From positions 682,001-746,000 of the forward strand of contig OZ237760.1 in NCBI GenBank assembly GCA_965178125.1: DNA of 64,000 bases, in the 5' to 3' direction. Source of the DNA: Bilabrum cf. latius. Its lineage: Eukaryota. Below are positions 49,801 to 60,800 of this stretch, in pieces. Positions within the stretch are counted from its first letter, which is position 1. Each line of letters opens with the position of its first letter. Made by a program: the position numbers and the translations under genes. Under the pieces are notes generated by a model. It did no database searches, was not told the origin of the DNA, and worked only from the letters and a program-made list of their open reading frames with translations.

Positions 49801-52800
49801 GATCACAGCGTTTTCGGCTCCGAGGCTGCCGCACGCTAGCGTGGCGTCAATCTTGGTCCCAGCCGATGGCACCGAAGGCTGCGATGGTGCATCCAACGTC
49901 AATGCCACGGGGCTTGGACTGCCATTCCTAAACGCAAGGCTCTTCGGCGGCGGCCGCCTGATCGCGGCAGTGACCCGTGATGGTGTTCGTTGGCTGGGCG
50001 ATTGCATGCGCAAAGCACTGCACACGCTTGACTCTAGCAACCATACGAGGTATGGCAGATCCGCAGCGTCCAGCAGCAAGCCTGGCTCCGGCTCTGCAGT
50101 CAGCGGAGACCTCAATCGTGCCCCGTCAAGGACGTAGGCTCCCCGTACACGAAGCGGCGAGGTGCCCTATGCCCCTGGGTTCGGTATGAACCGCAGGGGC
50201 CACGAAGACGACCACCACCTGCGAGCGGCTGCGTCCGACCGCGCGCTGTCCTTCTCCTCCCACGGGACAGGAAGCACCGCCCGGGATTCTCTGCAGCTCG
50301 ACGCTGCGGGGACCGTGATGGACGCGAGGGGCTCCGACGCATCCAAGCGGCAGCAACGTCAGCTGCCTAGCCCAGGTTCGGGTCAGCCTGGCCCCGGGAC
50401 TGGTCCCAGAGATCCGCAAGCACGACGGCCCAGCTCCTCGAGCAATGTGCTGGCCCAGCAGCCGCAGCAGCCCGGGCAGCACCAGAGGCGTCATAGCAGG
50501 GCAGACACGGATACTGGCAGTAAACACTCCAGGAGGCCTTCGGAGCTATCACGGCCGGCCATCCGGCGCAGTGGTGGGCCGGGCGGAGGTGCAGGCGGAG
50601 GTGGCAGCAGCAGCAGTCGCCCTGTGCTAAAGAGCTCAAAGTCGCTGCGCCTGTCTCGCAAACCAGGCGCCATGGCCAGGCGTCACCTTGCCCATTTGGC
50701 CATGCAGGGCGCAGGAGGGCCTGACCCCAGGGGCAGTGTCATGCCCCCATCCGTGCAGCCCATGCAACCACCGGTGCTGAGCACTATCGCACAGAACCCA
50801 ACCGCGCAGCAAACTGGCAGTAGCACGCCATCTGTCAGGTCTGAGGTCCCCGATGCCCATACCGCTGGCGTTGCTGGTGAAGGTGCTGCGCAGGACGCTA
50901 CCGGCGCGGCAATGCCTGGCCTCCTCTCCGTTGAGAGGGCCCCAACAGGCCAGCCGCACCGGGGACCTCTGGCGAAGCGCGCTGCCAGCCCTCGCTCGGT
51001 GGACAGCTCGACGGTCGCAGCAGCAGCCAAGGACGGCGGCATGCCCGAGCAGAAGGCTGCTTCAAGCCGCTCTCTTCTGGTCGATGCCGGCGGGCTGCAG
51101 GCAGACAGCGGCGCTCTGGAGCTGTGTGGCATGGCTGCTGCTGTCGGCGCCACCCTGTCGGCAAGGTGCAACCCCGTGGTGCTCGCTGCCGTGTGCACCG
51201 CCGTGGATTCGCAGGTATTTGCCAGGACGGCGCCGGGGCCCGACCCGCTGCAGCTGGCTCGGTCGGCCCTGGATCTTGTGTCTGCCCAGCAGGGGGGCTG
51301 TGCCTGCCTTGGAGTGGTGGGCAAGGAAGCGTGCAAGTACCTGCTGCAGCTCACCGGCTCCGTGCTGCCGTCCAATGGGACGGGGTCCTGGCTGACTGAA
51401 CCCCTGCCGGGTCCCAGTGCCCATGCCCAGCGCAGATCCGCTCTGGGATCCCGAGTGCGTGCGGCCGCATCAAGAGAGCTTGGATCCCTTGGTAGGTTGG
51501 TTGGATTCTCGGCTGGGGCCAGAGACGTGCTGGCCAACCCGCCGAGCACGCGCGCGATCCTGTCGAACGCCGCAAGGCGCATGGCCAGCGCGGGCGCGGG
51601 CGCGTCCGACTCGAGAACTCCCGACACAAGCCCGGCCAAGGCACCTGCCGCCCCCGGACCGCCGAGGTCCGGTGCGCTCGTCACACCGCAACAGGGGGTA
51701 CCCGGTGGCTTTGGTCATTTCAGGGCGGGAGAGGAAATCCTGGCCAAGACGCGCTTGCTGGACTTCAGGCAGCAGAGCCAGGCCGAAGACCGCGTGATGA
51801 GGACGATTGGGTACGAGGGCACGCTGGGTGGGGCCGTGGCGCGTGGTACTGAGTCGCTGCGAGCGGTGGCTGGGGTCGGAACGGGCGCCGTCAGCCCGTT
51901 CTCCGACAGCCCCTCTACACACGGCACTCCTCCCGCGGCCTATCTGCGGGCCCTCATGCCCGGATTTGGACCCATGGCCACGGTACAGGACCGGCACAGG
52001 GAAGAGGCCCTGGCGAGTGCGATCCTGCGGCAGAGGCAGCACCAGCTGCTGCAGGGACACCTCAGGGCCGTCGACAACAGGTCGCACTCGCCGCCCCGAA
52101 GTGGGGGTGGGGCGAGCGGCGTGCTCGGGGAGAGGGCCCGGTCCGTGTCGGTGGCATCTACGCAGAGCGGGGCTGCTCGGGGCGGCAGACCAGAGCACCG
52201 CACCTCGGCCGAGCGGGCCCGGAGCGGCATCAGCGAGATGTACGGCAGGCAGCACATCCACAGGTGCGGCTTTGAAGTGCCGCTCGTGGCCGGGCTCTCA
52301 GTGGCCGGTGCCTGTGCCGCTGTGCTGAGCACGCTTCTCGCCAGCATCCGCGCTGGGACGGGCGAGTGGCCCGTGAGAGCGTGCCACTTCCATACGGAAG
52401 ACGCGGGATCGAGCCCCGCCCCGAGCCCCGCCGGCATGAGCGCTCCATCTCCCGGGCCGCGGCGGCGCGATGTGGCCTGGTTTTCTCTTCTGCACGCAGC
52501 GGCCGGGACCGTGTCTAGGACCAGGGGCACCCTCGGGCTGCAGCGGCACCAGGCGCGGGCGATGGCAGAGAGGAGAGCAAAGGAGCGAGCAAGGGAAGGT
52601 GCGGGGATCGGCGGCAAGGGGCCTCCATCAGCAAGCAGGTCGGGGCAGGCTGGTACCACTGACCCCGCCGCCGCTTAGGCCCGTGACAAGCGACCTGTTA
52701 CGACCCGTGCCCCCTCGCCGAAGCGGGGCTCCTCTTCGACCAGGCTGCCAATTTGCATCTGTGTGACCTTTTGCAGGGTCACCAGCACGGCCCCAGTCAA

Positions 52801-55800
52801 CACGCCGCGCCCGTCCTCCAACCGAAGACTTGGCTCCTCTGTTGCTGTTCCCGACGCTGAGCGCGAGGGTAGGCCGGGTCTGACGGGCCAGTACGGGGAC
52901 ACATCGGCCTGGGTGGAGCTGTGCACGATGCCGCTGGGAGTTTGGAGGCCTTCGCAGTGGTCGCAGTACGCGAGCAAACAGCAGCAAAGGAGGGCGGCTT
53001 CCGGCGAGCGATCCGCCGGTGGCGCGCAGGAGACCAAGGAGGGTGAGGGCGAGGCTGAGGACGCATTCACCGCGGCGGTGCGTCCTATCCACGACGAAGT
53101 GGCCAACACGCTGTCCCCTGCCAGGCTGCGGTTTGCGGGCCAGTCGGCATAGGCCGGCACCACTCCGCTGGCGGGCTTTGAGCTTGCGCCCGGCCAGTTC
53201 GACGAGATCAGCTTGCCGATCGTGGCCACGTCCGGGCTGGGCATGAGCACGAGCAGCAGCCCGCCGGTCGGCCGCAACGCAGGAGCCTCTGGCGGGCGCG
53301 GCGCCAGCGATGCCCACACGATCGGTAGGTTGTCCTCCTTTGCGCCCGAGGCTCTGCGTACTGCCGAGTCGGTTCGAGTGCCCGAGTCCTCGATCAGCGG
53401 GACCGCTGGCGGTCAAGGATACGCTTCGATTCGACCTGGGACTGTGGCGTGGCCGGCAGCGAGCGTGCAGGCAGTCGTGTCTACGATGCTTCGGATGGTC
53501 GCAGAAGAGGCAGCCAGGGCAGCGATGGTGAGGCCACAGGCGCCCCTGTGCGTGTCACCCATGGCCGACGGTGAGCCGAGTCGGCTGCGGTTCCGCTCCG
53601 TCCGCTCGTTTGTTCCCCAGGGCCCGCACAGGCAGCTTCTGGAGCACGAGGATCCGGTGGGTGCAGACCTGCTGCCTGCCGTGATGACCGTGCACACTGA
53701 CAGGGGCTGGGCGGCCGTGGCGCAGGCCGCCGTGCACCCGTGCTCGCGGGACATCAGCAGGAGTCGGGGCGACGGCACGTTCCATGCCTCGCTGTCCGGC
53801 ATGGTGACTCTGCCGGAGCAGGACACGCACCCGCCCACGTTCCGGCAGGACACGGCAGGCACGCAGGCCGATCTCTTCCAGGTTGCATGCTGCGGGGGGC
53901 AGGGCTTCGCCATCGCTGCTTCCAAAGCGGTGGCGGGTCAGTGCCAGGCGCAGTTGCAGCACGAGTGGGGCTCTTGTGCCAGGGAACAAGCCAGGGAACA
54001 AGGAGGTGCGCCGGACCTGGCAGGAACGACAGCGGGTACAGGCGCAAGCACAGGCGCGGGCGGGCCAGAGGCCAACCCGGAGCAGCCACCCATCCGCGTG
54101 TCGCTGTGCGGGTCAGCCATGGCCCCATTCGCTGTCAGAGGGAACGGCGGCTCACCGTCAGGGATGTCGTCACCGGCCCCAATGGCAAGCCCGGGGGGGC
54201 AGCATCGGCAGGCGCCGTTCCGAGGCGTGGCATCATCGTCGACGCAGTGCGGGTGCTTCGTACATGCGGCGCTGCGGGTTGGGAGCACCGCTCCGGACCT
54301 AACCTGGAAGCAGCAGTACGAAATGCAGCAAGCTCACAAGAGCGAAGATATCGCAACTGCTGGTGGGACCAATGCTGTCCCAGCCAAAGCAGGGGCTAGG
54401 CAGGGCAAGCCATTTCTCGCCGGAGGATCGGCGCATCGCTCTGGATCCATTGACCGAGGTGACCTATCCGTCGACCTTTGGCTGGTACCAGTGCCCATTC
54501 CCGCCCCGGCGAGCCAGAATGGGTCGCCCATGGGGGCCTCCGGTAGCATCGCGGTGGAATACGTGGCGCACGTGACGAGCACCTCCCGGCAACTCGCATC
54601 CAGCGGTTTGCATGCCGTGCAGCAGTGCGTGCAGGCGTCCTCCCTTGCTCTCATCAGAGAGGCCATGCTGTTGGCTGCGTGGGAGGCCGGCGTGCTGCTG
54701 CTGCCCTCGCCCGAGTTCTGGCCCAGGCTCATTGGGGTAGAGGCATCCGCCTCTGAGATCGACGGCTACCTGGTGCGCAACCTCAACACTATGCTGGCCA
54801 CACCCCCGCCCGCTGGGGGCACCGCCCGCGGGCATGGCACCGTGGTGCATCGCACGCAGGCACAGGCTGCCATGGAGCTTGCCTTGGGCACGGATGGTAG
54901 CGGGGATGGTGAAACTGCCGCCGCAGCAAATCATCATGCTGTCGCTGCCAGGCCCGCGATAGCATCCCCGTCAGGTGTCCGCAACAGCTCAGCGGGGGAC
55001 AGCGGCACGCCGCACTCCAGGCAGGGCTCGCAAGATGGTAGTCCAGTGCACGGGCGCGGCGGGGGTCCTTAGGATGTGCACGATGATGAGGAGCACGATG
55101 GTGGTGACCTTCTCAGCGCGCAAGAAGGTGCAAGGAGGAGCCTGAGGGGGCTGAGGCGGTTGCTGGATCCGCAGAGCGGCGTGTATGGGGCCGGCCGATC
55201 CATCCTGCTGCTTGCCAGCCTGGCTGCCAAGTAGAAGGGCAGGCGAGAGCTGGAGACACCGCTTCGGGCTCTGTGTGCTACGCTTCGGCTGCGCTCTCGG
55301 CTGCACGCTGGGGCGCAGCCCGCGGTGCAGTAGCTGGCCGTGCTGCTGCGGCTGGCTGCATCTACCAGTCTCGTGTCGGTGCGCGCTGGACTTGCCACCA
55401 ACGCCGCCCTGAGGTCCTGTGGGCCCAACTGGGTTGGTGCCAGGACGGCTGCTGAATTCCCGCTGCGGCCCAGCATCGTAGTGCTGCTCGTGCACGCCAG
55501 ACAGAGAGATCGGGCGCTGCTTGGCATTTGCTGCACCGATATCCCTTCCGGTGGTCGAGCCGGGAGCGCCAGTGGAGAAGCAGCAGGTGCGGCCCAAGGC
55601 GGCAGCAGCGCGCGGGGCACCACTCCGGTGGCCCCGCTGCCCCCACCTGATTTGCGGCTGTTCTCACTGGCAGCTCCCGGTTGGAGCCTACTGCGCGGGG
55701 GAAGCGCTGGAGAGTCTGGGGGTGGACTCACCGGCAACTGGTGGTCTGCGCCGCTGCGGATGCTCATGCCCAGGGAGCAAGCTGCAAGCAGCTTGGGTTC

Positions 55801-56059
55801 CTCTGGTGGCACGGCAGTAGGGGGGAAAGGTCTAGGCGAAGATTCAAGGGATGGAATAGGTGGTGGCGCGCAAGAAGCCCCCCAAGACGTTGCGAGGGCA
55901 TAGTTCGAGCAGGGCCTCGCCCTAGCGGTGCCAGGGTGGAACGGTGAGGGCGCTTGCAAGGAGCTGCTGCTGGACGAGGTGAGCAAGTCGCACTAGGCGC
56001 TGCTTGCTGCGATTGAGAGGGAGCGAGAGGCAGAGCAGGCTAGACGTGAGGAGCTGTGA
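37850..56059 (+). CDS. Giant uncharacterised protein, 6069 aa, single uninterrupted frame under TAG=Gln
   Basis: All of ORFs 37850, 38429, 38810, 39200, 39803, 40487, 41558, 41879, 42818, 43124, 45314, 45653, 46463, 47261, 48557, 48869, 49109, 50162, 52763, 53213 and 55340 share a frame. The gaps, read by hand, contain only TAG (about 42 in total). The first TGA is at 56057-56059. Confidence 0.82.
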
Positions 56060-56191
56060 GCCGGGTCAGGAATGACTAAGGATCCGATAGGCTGGGCTTG
56101 CCCTGTGAGAGTCTTGAAAATCAGTTCGTCTGTGACTTATATTTAATGTCATGGCGTTAGGATCACCTAATTTGCAGTCAAATTTGCCAAA

Positions 56192-57363
56192 ATGTTGAAG
56201 TTCAGCTGCAACTAGCAATGGGGCACTATCCGGGATCGCCCAGGGGAGTCCGATGGATTCGATTGCATAAAGCCCGCTGGAACGGCTGGCAGCGCTGCTC
56301 TGCTTGCCATCGGTCGCGCCCGCGCCTCTCGGAAGGGACTCTCGTCGAACAAATCTCCCGCTGGTGTGCATACGCTGGATACTGCGCTAGTCATCATGAA
56401 GGAGCTGCTCGACGCCGGTGCGGATCCGAACGCCAAGGGTTTAGTGAGAGCCGCGATTGTGCGAGTCTCAGCCAGACGTCATGCCAACAGTCGCTGCGTA
56501 CCTCGCTCGCTGACTGCACGCGTGCATCGGAAGCTTGCATCACTCTCCACTTAGTATTTTGCTTGCAGGACGGATCGCCGCCTCTCCACGCCTGCACCGC
56601 CGAGGCACACGAACCGCTGGCCCGGTTGCTGCTCGCACATGGAGCAAGTGCTCGGGCAAGCAATTCTCGGGGATGGACGGCCGCACACTTCGTGTGCTGC
56701 AACTCAGACGTGCACATGGCCGAAATACGGGGAACGAGCATTCTCCAGCTACTCGCAGATTACGGCGCTGATTTTGGCGCAGTCAACGAAACAGGCAAGG
56801 CGCCGCTCGATTACGTCATGAGGAGGAACGCCGGTTGCAACCCCGCCGTGCTCGCCCTCCTGCTACAGCCCTAGAGCGCGCTTGCAGACAGGCCCGCCCG
56901 GACCGGCTTGCCGTCATGGAGGTCGGACTTCGCCGAATACCTGGAACAGCTCATAAGGAAAGAGAAAGAGGCCGGAAAGCCGCTGCGGGAGGCCGGGCTC
57001 GTCATGGTGCCGTACGACGTGCGGGGGCCGGCCTTTGGAGAAGACATGGTGAAGAATCGCTGTGGATCGCAGGGACGCGATGGATGCTCTGGTGAGACAG
57101 GCGGCCAAAGGGGCCAACGCGCCTGCCCCATCGGAGGACGCGGCGGCGGGAGTCAAGGCCGCCTGGCAGCGCGCTTGGAGGCTGCGGCTCGGGGGTGCGC
57201 TGGGAGCAGGGGCCATCTTGCAGACCCAGCCGTACGATGTGCCCAGGTGGCTGCCGCCCTTTGCAGCAGCCCTGGCACGGCGCGGGGCCTCGGACAAGCA
57301 GCGGGAGGTGAAACAGTCGGTGCAGAAGGCCTTCCAGGAGTTCAGGCGGACGCACGCGTCTGA
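56192..57363 (+). CDS. Short ankyrin-repeat protein (intron 56444..56568); 3' end uncertain
   Basis: The spliced product reads IMKELLDAGADPNAKGL|DGSPPLHACTAEAHEPLARLLLAHGA...RGWTAAHF...LLADYGADFGAVNETGKAPLDY. TAGs at 56213 and 56872 are read through. After ~57060 the frame overlaps the PA200 fragment and no longer looks protein-like. Confidence 0.7.
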
Positions 57364-57448
57364 CTGGGAGCGCGAGTCGCAGAGGTTTGACAGGGAGGAG
57401 TCGGCCGCCCTGCGCGACCTAGAGGTATCGCCGCACTACTTCGTGTGA
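57062..57448 (+). other. Isolated C-terminal domain of proteasome activator PA200/Blm10 (gene fragment, fused exon or mini-gene)
   Basis: GGALGAGAILQTQPYDVPRWLP...VKQSVQKAFQEFRRTHASDW......F...E...LRDLEVSPHYFV-TGA matches the recalled PSME4/Blm10 C-terminal pattern PYDVP.W.P...F.RTH.D.W...VSP.YYA. Only ~125 aa are present. Confidence 0.8.
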
Positions 57449-57805
57449 TGATGCGATGGATTCAGGCCCCGGGGTTTCATCAAGTGCCGCCAAGCGGACA
57501 CAGCAACCCGGAATGAGAACTGGTGCGGCATGACCCAAGATGCTCATTCCTGTGATTTGCAACGAGATGTCATCTTGGTCATTTGATTCTAGCGAGTACT
57601 ACCGCGAAGGAAACCGACACCCGCCGTCTCGTCAACAGTTTCTTTGAGAAAGCGATCCAGTCCGCCGCATCCGGTGATGACGCTACCATGGAGACCATGC
57701 TTGGAATGCTTCGAGCGCGCAGCATTCCTCTTGATTTGACAATACGAGCAAGCGCTTTACGTTCCTGCGTATTTCCTGCTGGGTGCCCCAGTGTTCAATT
57801 GGGTC

Positions 57806-60800
57806 TCACGAAGCTGCTGCAGCAAAAGGTAAAGCGCTCTCCAGCAGTGCCTCCACCTGCGGGCACGGCCGCCCAGCGGATCGCAGTTGGGACAGCAGAT
57901 CGGTCCCAGGTACTGCAGTACCCACTGCACCCTCGGGGGGATGCATGGCCATCGAGGCAACCAGGGAGACAGCAGCACAGGCAGCGCCATGCCCTGCAGA
58001 TCCCATGCGCACCTCCCACGCCTCCACCAGCACCCTCACGCACTCGTCATGGCCCTCGAGCAATGCCGCCACTAGCGGACCGCTCAACCAGCCCAAGGGA
58101 CCAGGCCCCGGGACATCTACCACTGCAACTGCCACCGGGCCACGAATCTCCATCCCACCCGCCAGCCGGCCCAGCCTCAGCCGCTTGGCCAGCTCCAGCG
58201 GCCTGCCCTCCCTGGCAGCTCGGTGCACCATGACAGCATCTCGTTTGGCCTCCACGGCCCTCCTCCACCGGGCCAAATGCAGGATCCTCGGGTTAAACTC
58301 CCGGATGAGCTTGGCCGTGGCTGTCTTGCCCGTGTGGTCTGCTTCCTCTGCTGGGGTGCGTCCGTCCTGCAGCAGTAAGTTACAACCTGCAATACGTTTA
58401 GAAGTATGTTAGTAAGCCAATAAGTCGAATCAATCACAAGAAAACCCATCTCACCTTGTTCTTGGCCGTCCTGCTGGCTCCGGCCCGCAGCAGAGCGAGA
58501 GCCGCGGCGTCCCTGCCACAGTAGGCGGCTTGATGGAGAGGGGTGCCCTTGTTCTGCGGAATCAAGTAGCCAAAGATGCATATTATCATCTCAATGTGAA
58601 TGCCAACCCGCAATCATGTTCAAGGTCCGCAGGGAAGGCCCGAGGAGCAGCTATTGACATGGATCATCGATTTCCCGGTTCCTAGAAAAGCGCTGGCGTG
58701 CTCCGACCTGGTCGCAAGCGCAGCTACCCACTAGCATGCAAATAGGCAAAGCCAACGCAACCAGTACGATTAAGTCGACAAGCAAACCAATAATAGTCAT
58801 ACACGTGCAGCGAGGAACAGGCTAGGTAGGCCTGGCCGACGAACAGGATGCTCGGAGCAAGCAACTGCATCGGCTCTGTAATCAGTTGATTCACTATCTC
58901 GATTTTGCACACAGGCCCGCTGATTTCAATGGTACAAATTCCATCGTCTAACTCCGCCTGCATCCCGAGCGATCCCGGCTCCCAAGACACAAGCGCTCCT
59001 CGACCACCTCACGACCACGCCGCACCCTTCCCAAGCCGAGTCACAGGGAACATTAACTCCCATGCATCCAACCATCCCAGTCAAACATACATCACGAAAA
59101 CTCACATTGTCCTCAGCGTTCACATCGGCCCCCGCTGCCACAAGCGCACCCACCACGTCGGCGTGGCCACTTTCGGCTGCCACATGAAGCGGTGTGCGCT
59201 GGCCCTGTGAGCAAGGAAAGCAAAGGACGACAGAAGAGGGGGTGGGAAGGCACGGCAACGGAAGGCCGAAAAGGGGGTCCAGCGAACGGAAGTCACAGTC
59301 AGAGCATCGGCGCCGCGCAATCCACCCATGGACTGGCCTCTGGCCCCCACAGGTTCCGCTGCATCCACTCGCCCAAGCACCCAGCCAACACTGGCACCAT
59401 TCCAGCATATGCAACCCCAATCACAAATCATATCCCACAACCAAATTACCAGACCACACATCCAGCCATCCAGGACTGCGGCAAGGCCGCCCGGCAGGCA
59501 TGGTCGCAAGCTTAGCGCAGTCGGCTGAAGGCTGAAGATTGCAACTGTTGCATTGTGTGTAAACTGTACCCAGCAGACGCAGCTCGATGAGAGGACTCAG
59601 GATCTAGTTGGATCGCCTTGTTCTTGCGCCTGCATCCCGAGCTATCCCGGCTCCCAAGACACAAGCGCTCCTCGACCACCTCATGACCAGGCCGCACCCT
59701 TCCCAAGCTCCCATGCATCCAACCATCCCAGTCAAACATACATCACGAAAACTCACATTGTCCTCAGCGTTCACATCGGCCCCCGCTGCCACAAGCGCAC
59801 CCACCACGTCGGCGTGGCCCTTTTCGGCTGCCATATGAAGCGGTGTGCGCTGGCCCTGTGAGCAAGGAAAGCAAAGGACGACAGAAGAGGGGGTGGGAAG
59901 GGATGGCAACGGAAGGCCAAAAAGGGGGGACAGCGAACTGAAGCTAGAACCAGAGCATCGGCGCCGCGCAATCCACACATGGACTGGCCTCTGGCCCCCA
60001 CAGGTCCCGCTGCATCCACTCGCCCCAGCACCAAGCCGGCATTGGCACCATTCCAGCATATCCACCAATCCCAAAATACAAATACATAATCATATCCGCG
60101 ACCAGACCGACCATACATCCGGGACAGCGGCAAGGCCGCCGGGCGGGCATGGCCCGAAGCTGGGCGAACCACAGTCGGCTGAAGGCGGTAGATTGCGACT
60201 GTTGCATTGTGTGTAAACTGTACCCAGCAGACGCAGCTCGATGAGAGGACTCAGGATCTAGTTGGATCGCCTTGTTCTTGCGCCTGCATCCCGAGCTATC
60301 CCGGCTTCCAAGACACAAGCGCTCCTCGACCACCTCACGACTATGCCGCACCCTTCCCAAGCCGAGTCACAGGGAACGCTAACTCCCATGCATCCAATCA
60401 TCCCAGCCATACATACATCACATCAACTCACCTAATCCTTGGCATTCGCATTGGCCCCAGCTGCCACAAGCGCACCCACCACGTCGGCATTGGCTGCCAT
60501 ATGAAGCGGTGTGCGCTGGCGCTGTGAGGAAGGAAAGCAAAGGACGACAGAAGAGGGGGTGGGAAGGGATGGCAACGGAAGGCCAAAAAGGGGGGACAGC
60601 GATCCGAAGCTAGAACCAGAGCATCGGCGCCGCGCAATCCACACATGGACTGGCTTCTGGCCCCCACAGGTTCCGCTGCACCCACTCGCCCAAGCACCAA
60701 GCCGGCACTGGCACCATTCCAGCATATCCAACCTCCAGTCCCAAAATACAAATACACAATCATATCCGCGACCAGACCGACCATACATCCGGGACTGCGG

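Noticed and set aside
3792-56059. Interpreting the TAG-broken genes as pseudogenes or sequencing errors
   Set aside because: The interruptions are exclusively TAG, with no TAA, TGA or frameshifts, across ten genes on both strands whose conserved motifs are otherwise intact.
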